Assembly (NCBI GenBank): GCA_002269645.1
Contig: NIVC01000654.1
Coordinates: forward strand, 367,255 to 431,254
Direction: 5' to 3'
Source: Macrostomum lignano
Taxonomy: Eukaryota
Length of the DNA stretch: 64,000 nt
The first letter of the stretch is position 1, and every line of letters starts with the position of its first letter. Position numbers and translations under genes: made by a program. The notes below the pieces were generated by a model. The model saw only the letters and a program-made list of their open reading frames with translations, had not been told where the DNA came from and did no database searches. This document shows, piece after piece, positions 53,521 through 64,000 of this stretch.

Positions 53521-53863
53521 TGCTATTATCGACAATCCCTAATAAATGCATCGCAATTTTCTAAAATGATTGGCTTAGATAATAGTTACGTAGTTATTTA
53601 TTGTACGATTGTTTCATTGTACGATAACTAGTACTTATTTTCTGTATATGTACATGCATCAGAGCAAAGCGGTTCAATACGTCTTTTCTACCAAATTACA
53701 CTGTATTTGCATGTATAATTGAGAAGAATATGAAACATTGTACTTGAGAACTTGTACTTTTGAACTTAGAGATCATCTAGCCACCCTCATGGGGTATGAG
53801 GTATATCTATCTCGTAGAATGTCATTTAGCTCAGGCACAACAGTACACAATAATGATAACACA

Positions 53864-55361
53864 CTATATTCTACACTTAACAATGGGCAGCAGGTCACTA
53901 ATAGGCAGAGACTTAGTCATTATCACTCGGTCAGTATAGCTGAGGTGCATAAACCTGCGCACAGTATGCCTCAGCTGGTATCGCTCTGGTCTGGAATTTT
54001 TCACCAGCCAGACGTTTGCAATGGCGCCGCTTCAGAGCGGACAAGCCGTCTGGATTCTGACAGATTGTGCGCAATCGCTCCGGTATGTAGGAGCTGTCCC
54101 AGACTGGCTGAAACTCGTCAGGCTCAGCCAGCATTCGGTCAGTTTGGCACCAGTCCAAGGATCGATTCGCTGCCGGCAAAGCCGAATAGTTGCTATAGAA
54201 CTGTTGCAGCATCACTGGTCCGGTCACGAGCACCGCGTCTTCGTGCCTCCTGTTGGTCTTTTTTGACCATTCCGACGACTCGAACCAGAGTGGCCACCTG
54301 TTCAGCACGTAGCTGAGGAAGCTGTGATTAGCCTTGGAGAATATTGCGGCATTGGAGATCATGCTAGGCAGATTGAATAGGAATAGGGCGTGCTCAACCG
54401 GCTCCTGAGACCAGTAGGCCGTTGAGCAGATTGACAGATTCTTTACCGAGCCATTCACACTGCGGCTACTCGTGCTTGCGAGTACCAGTGGCGAAAGATC
54501 GCGCAACAATTCCACGTCCGTGTCGACGTACATGCCGCCGACATGGTGCAGCACGACCAGCCTGCCGATGTCAGATCGCTCCAGACCGTTGACCAGCTTA
54601 GCGTAGGTTCGATTCAGCATCGGGTAGTGCTTTGAGACCAGCTCAGAGATCTGCTTGTCGTCCCAGTGCATGAATTTCCAGCTCAGATGGGAGCCATTGC
54701 TGACATTCAATAGCCGAGTCCACGACTTTACTATGGGAACTAACTGGGCAGGGATCTGGCCGCTCTTAGTAGTCCAGTGCACTATGGAAGGAATCGATGT
54801 TGGGAATAGCGAGTGCAGCTCGCCGCAACCTATCTTGCCTTGCATCAGCAACCGTTCTGGCGGCACTGCAGTCGTTGTTGGACTATCTGTAGTTGTAGTT
54901 GACTTTGTAGTCGTTGGCGTTGTAGTCGTTGATGTCGTAGTCGTTGGCGTTGTAGTCGTTGATGTTGTAGTCGTTGGCGTTGTAGTCGTTGATGTTGTAG
55001 TCGTTGGCGTTGTAGTCGTTGATGTTGTAGTCGTTGGCGTTGTAGTCGTTGATGTTGTAGTCGTTGGCGTTGTAGTCGTTGATGTTGTAGTCGTTGGCGT
55101 TGTAGTCGTTGATGTTGTAGTCGTTGGAATTGTAGTCGTTGATGTTGTAGTCGTTGGAATTGTTGTCAACGGGGTCATTGTCACCGTCGAGTCGGTCGGA
55201 ACGGTTTGATAGTACGAACCTGTCTCAATCGCTATCCAGATTCCAGCACTACTGTTATCTTCTTTAGAGCGAACTCGACTCCGCCAGATAATTGGGGCGA
55301 GAATTAACAGTAGGAACAACGCAAGTGTCAGGTATTTTTGCAACAGTCTGACAATTGCCAT
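53864..55361 (-). CDS. GT32-family (DXD sugar-binding, OCH1/SUR1-like) type II membrane glycosyltransferase, paralogue A, with a Thr-rich stalk and an apparent frameshift near 53965
   Basis: N-terminal TM helix, IPSIVHWT, ERSDIGRLVVLHHVGGMYVDTDV. As sequenced the ORF stops at 53931; the homologous C-terminus continues in another frame to 53864. Confidence 0.85.
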
Positions 55362-55784
55362 GGCTGGTCTAAATTGAGCCTCAAACTAAGATTAGAGCGT
55401 GGATTATAGTCCAACTTTTTTCGAGACTTGAAGCCTTGCGGATTGAACTACATATAGTGGCTTTCGGGTTAAATACTGTAGATTGAATGAGTAACTGCAG
55501 TGGAGTTTACAGTACTGCGGTAGCTTTGCATTTTTGCGAGCGATAGGGACCGATCGTCTGCTGTAGCGCTAAGCTATTGTCTGCTTGAGCTATATGGCAA
55601 CCAGCAGCTCGCTGTGCGGCCACGCGTGTTGACCGCACAGCGAGCGAGTACGGGGTCTGCTTGGACTGAGTTGGGCAAGTTGTTTCCTATATCCCTTATA
55701 TGAGAAAAGGGGGGCATCGATGAGACCAGTCCAGGGGGCGTTACAGCCACTGTGGCTGTGGCGCTAAAGCCACTGCGGCTGTAG

Positions 55785-55925
55785 CTCTACAACCACTATG
55801 AATGTGGCTCTACAGCCACTGTGAATGTGGCTCTACAGCCACTGTGAATGTGGCTCTACAGCCACTGTGAATGTGGCTCTACAGCCACTGTGAATGTGGC
55901 TCTACAACCACTGTGAATGTGGCGC
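55785..55925. repeat. 23-bp minisatellite (gccactgtgaatgtggctctaca) with an internal GCCAC/GTGGC inverted repeat
   Basis: Direct reading. Confidence 0.88.
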
Positions 55926-56378
55926 CACCAATGCTTTGAAGAGACGCTAAAGCCCCCAGTTGCTCACCAAACCATCAGAATGATGTCTTAATCTATGAAA
56001 ACCAATCAGCAGTTATATCGAGTCCAAATACATGTAATTACTTATTTATGAGTTTAGCGTTTGAAAATTAGTAAGAAAGGCAAAGAAAGATCCACGGGTT
56101 GGTTTTAGAGATAGAAAACTGAACAATATGAGCTGCAATAGGCCTGACCAAACCAGTTTTGGTTCGTCAAACAGGGAGGAAACAATTTGAGGCGTGGAGT
56201 AAAAAAAAAGCAATACACATTGCTTGACAAGAAATCCATTTTTGATCGAGAAAAACACGATTAGCAAACTTTAACCAGATATCATAACTTTGATAAATAC
56301 TCTTTGATAATTATAATGAAGGCTTGTGAGACGTACTGCATGTATTATGTAAGAAAAACACAATCAGTGACGAGTTTG

Positions 56379-57536
56379 TCATAATTGACAGTGCGAAATT
56401 GGCAATAAATCAGCGATAGTCTTCGAATTGGCCAAGTCCATGGTTTTGGTGTAGCTCAGATGCATAAAGGCGTGCACTGTGAAGGCGCGCTTTGGAATTG
56501 GCTGATTTCTAAACTTCGCCAGCGCCAGACGTTCACAGTGGAGCCTCTTCAGCTGGTTCAATTTCTCCGGAGCGACGGAGCAGAACTTCTTCAGCCGGTG
56601 GTGCTGGCTGGTCTCGTCGAATCTCGGCTGAAACAGTTCAGCGTCCACCAGCTGGAGGCTGGACCAGTCCGACGGTCGCTGGTCAGGCGGCCAAGCTCTG
56701 TACTCGTCGAAGAACCGGCTCAGCATGAGCGGCCCAGTGACTTCGGGCGCTTCCGTGTGTCTCCTGTTCGTTTTTCTGGCCCAGTTAGCTTCGAACCAGG
56801 CTGGCCAAGCGTTTAATAAATAGGTGAGGAAGCTGTGATTCGCCCTGCTCAGCATCACGGCATTGGAGACTAGTCTTGGCATGTTGTGCACAAACAGAGC
56901 GTGCTCAACCGGTTCCTCAACGAGCACGGCGCTGCAACAGCTGGTCCGGCTGGTGTCCTTACCGAGCAGTAGACGAGACGAATTCATCAACGGCGAAAGA
57001 TCGCGCAACAATTCCACGTCCGTGTCGACGTACATGCCGCCGACATGGTGCAGCACGACCAGCCTGCCGATGTCAGATCGCTCCAGACCGTTGACCAGCT
57101 TGGCGTAGCTCCGGTTCAGCATCGGGTAGTGCTTTGACACCAGCTCAGCGATCTGCCTGTCGTCCCAGTGCATGAATCGCCACTTGATCGTGTCTTTACC
57201 ACTGCTGTTCAACAGGCGTCGCCAAGTCAGCACGCTGTTCACCAGTTTAGCTGGAATTCGGCCGTCCCTGCTAGTCCAGTGCACCAGCGGTGGGATCGAG
57301 CCGGGAGGAAATCTTGCCTGCAACTTGCCGCACAAAGGCGGCAACAAGTTCGATTCGGCCGAATTCGAGTCGTCAGTTGGCCTCAGCAACGGGCGGCGAG
57401 TCTTTCCAAAGAGTCTCTCTTCCCATCCGCTGAGCGTTACTAAAACAACTGCGATGAAGACAACCGCGCCAAATAACTTTTGTTTTGACATTCCCCTGCC
57501 GCAGATCGTCTCGGCTAGATGGCAGCTGCTGTTCAT
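56379..57536 (-). CDS. GT32-family DXD glycosyltransferase, paralogue B (385 aa, single exon)
   Basis: TM helix LFGAVVFIAVVLVTL, IPPLVHWT, ERSDIGR...GGMYVDTDV, TGP motif, C-terminal TVHAFMHLSY. Confidence 0.9.
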   Translation of the reverse strand: MNSSCHLAETICGRGMSKQKLFGAVVFIAVVLVTLSGWEERLFGKTRRPLLRPTDDSNSAESNLLPPLCGKLQARFPPGSIPPLVHWTSRDGRIPAKLVNSVLTWRRLLNSSGKDTIKWRFMHWDDRQIAELVSKHYPMLNRSYAKLVNGLERSDIGRLVVLHHVGGMYVDTDVELLRDLSPLMNSSRLLLGKDTSRTSCCSAVLVEEPVEHALFVHNMPRLVSNAVMLSRANHSFLTYLLNAWPAWFEANWARKTNRRHTEAPEVTGPLMLSRFFDEYRAWPPDQRPSDWSSLQLVDAELFQPRFDETSQHHRLKKFCSVAPEKLNQLKRLHCERLALAKFRNQPIPKRAFTVHAFMHLSYTKTMDLANSKTIADLLPISHCQL

Positions 57537-58504
57537 TCCCTGCTAATTTCAATGATTCCTAGTTCCATTCCTAACTATTTTGCCCTTCCGCGCTTTTCCA
57601 TCTGAACAAATTGCAGTCTAAAATCTATCTCTCCCACAACCTACTGATTCGCCCTGAGCATCTGCCAGAGGAGAGAAAGGAAAATCCATAGCAGCTACAT
57701 GTTTGTGCAAGAAACGTGAGAAGAGGTGATGGGGAGGGAGGACAGGAGGAGCCAGTCCAAAATCAAGCAATCCATTCCAGTGCAGGATGAGAACAAGGAG
57801 GAGAGGGAGTTCTGCGCGTACACACACACACGTACACACACACACACCTGCGTTTGAGAGCAGGAGTCGTGCGCGGCTGCGAGGGCTTCTATAATCCTAT
57901 GCAGTGGGATTTTATTGGAACATTTGGAATCAATGTAGCTGTGGATGCAAATCTTGCTACCTTCAAGATTGCTTTCATTAAAAATTAACTTCAGAACTCT
58001 CCAGCCGCAGTTTGCGCGTCTATGCATGTACTGACCTGACGAATCGATAGCGATTGAAGCTCACTATGCATTCTCGTGCCCTCGCGGAAAAGAGTCAGTC
58101 TTTATTTATCCGTCCGCATGTTGTTGGAGTTACACCCGTTATAATATAAATAAACTTCTTCTCCTTGAGAATCTTCCCCCCCCCCACCCCAGACAATATT
58201 CCCTTTTTGTTCAAGGGTGAAAATGTTAATTTTAATGTTGTTTGTTTAATGTTACTGCTAATGCTAACGCTTCGCGCACTCAAAAGCCGTGCGTTGACAG
58301 TCGCTAACAGCGAGAATTGAAGTATTGCAGATTTGTCTGGCCCAAATTTGTATCAACCGAGCAAATTTGTCTATGGCGAAACCCCATTCAACGCTGTGCA
58401 TTCTCTGAAGAGCATGCAGGGTCGGCCAGTTTCGGCTCGCGGGCCACGTGCGCCCTCGGGTCCTTTGACACTTCACAATAAAAATCTAGCCGACTCAGGG
58501 TTTG

Positions 58505-61500
58505 TGTCTCTTCTCAGCTCTCTTCTCTGCTCCTCTCCTCTCCTCTCCTATCCATTCCTCTCCTCTCCTCTCCTCTCCCCTCCTCTCCTCTCCTCTCCAT
58601 TCCTCTCCTCTCCTCTCCTCTCCTCTCCTCTCCATTCCTCTCCTCTCCTCTCCTCTCCTCTCCTCTCCTCTCCTCTCCTCTCCTCTCCTATCCATTCCTC
58701 TCCTCTCCTCTCCTCTCCTCTCCTCTCCTCTCCTCTCCTCTCCTCTCCATTCCTCTCCTCTCCTCTCCTCTCCTCTCCTCTCCTCTCCTCTCCTCTCCTC
58801 TCCTCTCCTCTCCTCTCCTCTCCTCTCCTATCCATACCTCTCCTCTCCTCTCCTCTCCATTCCTCTCCTCTCCTCTTCTCTCCTCTCCTCTCCTCTCCAT
58901 TCCTCTCCTCTCTATTCTCTCCTCTCCATTCCTCTCCTCTCCTCTTCTCTCCTCTCCTCTCCTCTCCATTCCTCTCCTCTCCATTCCTCTCCTCTCCTCT
59001 CCTCTCCTCTCCTCTCCTCTCCTCTCCTCTCCATTCCTCTCCTCTCCTCTTCTCTCCTCTCCTCTCCTCTCCATTCCTCTCCTCTCCTCTTCTCCTCTCC
59101 TCTCCTCTCCTCTACTCTCCTCTCCTCTCCTCTCCTCTCCTCTCCTCTCCTCTCCTCTCCTCTCCTCTCCTCTCCTCTCCTCTCCTCTCCTCTCCTCTCC
59201 TCTCCTCTCCTCTCCTCTCCTCTCCTCTCCTCTCCTCTCCTCTCCTCTCCTCTCCTCTCCTCTCCATTCCTCTCCATTCCTCTCCTCTCCTCTCCTCTCC
59301 TCTCCTCTCCTCTCCTCTCCTATCCATTCCTCTCCTCTCCTCTCCTCTCCTCTCCCTCCTCTCCTCTCCTCTACATTCCTCTCCTCTCCTCTCCTCTCCT
59401 CTCCTCTCCTCTCTCTCCTCTCCTCTCCTCTCCTATCCATTCCTCTCCTCTCCTCTCCTCTCCATTCCTCTCCTCTCCTCTTCTCTCCTCTCCTCTCCTC
59501 TCCATTCCTCTCCTCTCCATTCTCTCCTCTCCATTCCTCTCCTCTCCTCTTCTCTCCTCTCCTCCCCTCTCCATTCCTCCCTCTCCATTCCTCTCCTCTC
59601 CTCTCCTCTCCTCTACTCTCCTCTCCTCTCCTCTCCATTCCTCTCCTCTCCTCTTCTCTCCTCTCCTCTCCTCTCCATTCCTCTCCTCTCCATTCCTCTC
59701 CTCTCCTCTCCTCTCCTCTACTCTCCTCTCCTCTCCTCTCCATTCCTCTCTCCTCTACTCTCCTCTCCTCTCCTCTCCATTCCTCTCCTCTCCTCTCCTC
59801 TCCTCTCCTCTCCTCTCCTCTCCTCTCCTCTCCTCTCCTCTCCTCTCCTCTCCTCTCCTCTCCTCTCCTCTCCTCTCCATTCCTCTCCTCTCCTCTCCTC
59901 TCCTCTCCTCTCCTCTCCTCTCCATTCCTCTCCTCTCCTCTCCTCTCCTCTCCTCTCCTCTCCTCTCCTCTCCTCTCCATTCCTCTCCTCTCCTCTGCTC
60001 TCCTCTCCTCTCCTCTCCTCTCCTCTCCTCTCCTCTCCTCTCCATTCCTCTCCTCTCCATTCCTCTCCTCTCCTCTTCTCTCCTCTCCTCTCCTCTCCAT
60101 TCCTCTCCTCTCCATTCCTCTCCTCTCCTCTCCTCTCCTCTACTCTCCTCTCTCCTCTCCATTCCTCTCCTCTCCTCTTCTCTCCTCTCCTCTCCTCTCC
60201 ATTCCTCTCCTCTCCATTCCTCTCCTCTCTCTCCTCTCCTCTCTCTCCTCTCCTCTCCTCTCCATTCTCTCCTCTCCTCTACTCTCCTCTCCTCTCCTCT
60301 CCATTCCTCTCCTCTCCTCTCCTCTCCATTCCTCTCCTCTCCTCTTCTCTCCTCTCTTCTCCTCTCCATTCCTCTCCTCTCCATTCCTCTCCTCTCCATT
60401 CCTCTCCTCTCCTCTTCTCTCCTCTCCTCTCCTCTCCATTCCTCTCCTCTCCATTCCTCTCCTCTCCTCTCCTCTCCTCTACTCTCCTCTCCTCTCCTCT
60501 CCATTCCTCTCCTCTCCTCTTCTCTCCTCTCCTCTCCTCTCCATTCCTCTCCTCTCCATTCCTCTCCTCTCCTCTCCTCTCCTCTACTCTCCTCTCCTCT
60601 CCTATCCATTCCTCTCCTTTCCTCTCCTCTCCTCTCCTCTCCTCTCCTCTCCTCTCCTCTCCTCTCCTCTCTCTCCCTCTCCTCTCCTCTCCTCTCCTCT
60701 CCCTCCTCTCCTCTCTCCTCTCCTCCTATCTCCTCTCCTCTCCTCTCCTCTCCTCTCCTCTCTCTCCTCTCCTCTCCATTCCTCTCCTCTCCTCTCCTCT
60801 CCTCTCCTCTCCTCTCTCTCCTCTCCTTCCTCTCCTCTCCTCTCCTCTCCTCTCCATTCCTCTCCTCTCCATTCCTCTCCTCTCCTCTCCTTCCTCTCCT
60901 CTCCTCTCCTCTCCATTCCTCTCCTCTCCATTCTCTCCTCTCCTCTCCTCTCCTCTCCTCTCCTCTCCTCTCTCTCCTCTCCTCTCCTCTCCATTCCTCT
61001 CCTCTCCTCTGCTCTCCTCTCTCTCTCCTCTCCATTCCTCTCCTCTCCTCTTCTCTCCTCTCCTCTCCTCTCCATTCCTCTCCTCTCCTCTCCTCTCCTC
61101 TCCATTCCTCTCCTCTCCTCTCCATTCCTCTCCTCTCCTCTGCTGTCCTCTCCTCTCCTCTCCATTCCTCTCCTCTCCTCTTCTCCCCTCTCCTCTCCTC
61201 TCCATTCCTCTCCTCTCCTCTACTCTCCTCTCCTCTCCTCTCCATTCCTCTCCTCTCCTCTGCTCTCCTCTCCTCTCCTCTCCATTCCTCTCCTCTCCTC
61301 TTCTCCCCTCTCCTCTCCTCTCCATTCCTCTCCTCTCCTCTTCTCTCCTCTCCTCTCCTCTCCATTCCTCTCCTTTCCATTCCTCTCCTCTCCTCTTCTC
61401 TCCTCTCCTCTCCTCTCCATTCCTCTCCTCTCCATTCCTCTCCTCTCCTCTCCTCTCCTCTACTCTCCTCTCTCCTCTCCATTCCTCTCCTCTCCTCTTC

Positions 61501-64000
61501 TCTCCTCTCCTCTCCTCTCCATTCCTCTCCTCTCCATTCCTCTCCTCTCCTCTCCTCTCCTCTACTCTCCTCTCCTCTCCTCTCCATTCCTCTCCTCTCC
61601 TCTACTCTCCTCTCCTCTCCTCTCCATTCCTCTCCTCTCCTCTCCTCTCCATTCCTCTCCTCCTCCGCTTCTCTCCTCTCCTCTCTCTCTCCATTCCTCT
61701 CCTCTCCATTCCCTCTCTCCATTCCTCTCCTCTCCTCTTCTCTCCTCTCCTCTCCTCTCCATTCCTCTCCTCTCCATTCCTCTCCTCTCCTCTCCTCTCC
61801 TCTACTCTCCTCTCCTCTCCTCTCCATTCCTCTCCTCTCTCTTCTTCTCCTCTCCTCTCCTCTCCATTCCTCTCCTCTCCATTCCTCTCCTCTCCTCTCC
61901 TCTCCTCTACTCTCCTCTCCTCTCCTCTCCATTCCTCTCCTCTCCTCTCCTCTCCTCTACTCTCCTCTCCTCTCCTATCCATTCCTCTCCTTTCCTCCTC
62001 CTCTCCTCTCCTCCTCTCCTCTCCTCTCCTCTCCTCTCCTCTCCTCTCCTCTCCTCTCTCTCCTCCCTCTCCTCTCCTCTCCTCTCTCTCCTCTCCTCTA
62101 CTCTCCTCTCCTCTCCCTCTCCTCTCCTCTCCTCTCCTCTCCTCTCCTCTCCATTCCTCTTTCCTCTCCTCTCCTCCTCTCTCCTCTCCTCTCCTCTCCT
62201 CTCTCTTTCCTCTCCTCTCCTCTCCTCTCTCTCCATTCCTCTCCTCTCCATTCCTCTCCTCTCCTCTCCTCTCCTCTCCCTCCTCTCCTCTCCATTCCTC
62301 CCTCTCCAATTCCTCTCTCTCCTCTCCTCTCCTCTCCTCTCCTCTCCTCTCCTCTCCTCTCCCTCCTCTCCATTCCTCTCCTCTCCTCTGCTCTCCACTC
62401 TCTCTCCTCTCCATTCCTCTCCTCTCCTTCTTCTCTCCTCTCCTCTCCTCTCCATTCCTCTCTCTCTCCTCTCCTCTCCTCTCCATCCTCTCTCTCTCTC
62501 TCTCATCTCCTCTCCTCTCCTCTCTGCTCTCCCTCTCCTCTCCATTCCTCTCCTCTCCTCTTCTCCCCTCTCCTCTCCTCTCCATTCCTCTCCTCTCTCT
62601 CTACTCTCTCTCCTCTCCTCTCCATTCCTCTCCTCTCCTCTGCTCTCCTCTCCTCTCCTCTCCATTCCTCTCCTCTCCTCTTCTCCCCTCTCCTCTCCTC
62701 TCCATTCCTCTCCTCTCCTCTCTCTCCTCTCCCTCTCTCTCCATTCCTTCTCCTCTCCATTCCTCTCCTCTCCTCTTCTCTCCTCTCCTCTCCTCTCCAT
62801 TCCTCTCCTCTCCATTCCTCTCCTCTCCTCTCCTCTCCTCTACTCTCCTCCTCTCCTCTCTCATCCTCTCCTCTCCTCTCTCTCCTCTCCTCTCCTCTCC
62901 ATTCCTCTCCTCTCCATTCCTCTCCTCTCCTCTCCTCTCCTCTATCTCCTCTCCTTCTCCTCTCCATTCCTCTCCTCTCCTCTACTCTCCTCTCCTCTCC
63001 CTCTCTCATTCCTCTCCTCTCCTCTCCTCTCCATTCCTCTCCTCTCCTCTTCTCTCCTCTCCTCTCCTCTCCATTCCTCTCCTCTCCATTCCCTCCTCTC
63101 CATTCCTCTCCTCTCCTCTTCTCTCCCTCCTCTCCTCTCCATTCCTCTCCTCTCCATTCCTCTCCTCTCCTCTCCTCTCCTCTACTCTCCCTCCTCTCCT
63201 CTCCTATCCATTCCTCTCCTTTCCTCTCCCTCTCCTCTCCTCTCCTCTCCTCTCCTCCTCCTTCCTCTCCTCTCCTCTCCTCTCCTCTCCTCTCCTCTCC
63301 TCTCCTCTCCTCTCCTCTCCTCTCCTCTACTCTCCTCTCCTCTCCTCTCCTCTCTCTCCTCTCCTCTCCTCTCCTCTCCTCTCCATTCCTCTCCTCTCTC
63401 TCCCTCCTCTCTCTCCTCTCCTCTCCTCTCCTCTCCTCTCCTCTCCATTCTCTCCTCTCCTCTCCTCTCCTCTCCTCTCCTCTCCTCTCCTCTCCTTTCC
63501 TCTCCGTCTCCTCTCCTCTCCTCTCCATCCTCTCCTCTCCATTCCTCTCCTCTCCTCTCCTTCCTCTCTCTCCTCTTCCCTCTCCATTCCTCTCCTCTCC
63601 ATTCCTCTCCTCTCCTCTCCTCTCCTCTCCTCTTCCTCTCCTCTCCTCTCCTCTCCATTCCTCTCCTCTCCTCTCCTCTCCTCTCCATTCCTCTCCTCTC
63701 CTCTCCATCTCCTCTCCTCTCGCTCATGGCTGTCCCTCTCCCTCCTTTCCATTCCTCTCCTCTCCTCTTCTCCCTCTCCTCTCCTCTCCATTCCTCTCCT
63801 CTCCTCTACTCTCCTCTCCTCTCCTCTCCATTCCTCTCCTCTCCTCTGCTCTCCTCTCCTCTCCTCTCCATTCCTCTCCTCTCCTCTCTCCCTCTCCTCT
63901 CCTCTCCATCTCCTCTCCTCTCCTCTACTCTCCTCTCCTCTCCATTCCTCTCCTCTCCTTTCTCTCCTCTCCTCTCCTCTCCATTCCTCTCCTCTCCATT
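58505..64000. repeat. Pentanucleotide satellite (CCTCT)n interspersed with CCATT/CTACT variants; runs off the window end
   Basis: Direct reading. Explains all EERRG ORFs. Confidence 0.99.

Noticed and set aside
58495-63909. Many EERRG/EEWRG minus-strand ORFs
   Set aside because: Translations of a pentanucleotide satellite.

Overview
Eukaryotic (animal) genomic DNA. GC-rich, spliced housekeeping genes alternate with large tandem-repeat arrays and an AT-rich transposon graveyard at about 12.7-28.4 kb. Minus strand: a partial Pro-rich/coiled-coil gene (exons 1713-1466 and 260-134), microcephalin MCPH1 (8700-5506, 5229-4681) and RAD23 (12599-12303, 11395-11045, 10605-10258; first exon not found). 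Plus strand: an LC3C-like ATG8 gene (28655-28984, 29277-29612), GTDC1/QTMAN (43737-43932, 45945-47083) and PIGC (49715-50057, 50437-50605, 52158-52527). Two tandem single-exon GT32/DXD glycosyltransferases follow on the minus strand (55361-53931/53864 and 57536-56379). The window ends inside a (CCTCT/CCATT)n satellite. Almost every larger intron and spacer carries its own minisatellite, and most long ORFs in the supplied track are artefacts of these repeats. Mobile elements include a DD37D (maT) Tc1/mariner relic, several MITEs with 8-bp target duplications, and tRNA-derived SINEs. The repeat-filled introns, close co-oriented genes and splice acceptors just before start codons suggest a trans-splicing invertebrate such as a Macrostomum-like flatworm; this is inference only. 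Most striking: a RAD23 intron built from eight tandem 42-43 nt GT..CTAAT..CAG units, an MCPH1 first coding exon with no Met of its own, and a frameshifted GT32 paralogue sharing a 110-bp identical catalytic-core tract with its neighbour. All coordinates were read by eye.
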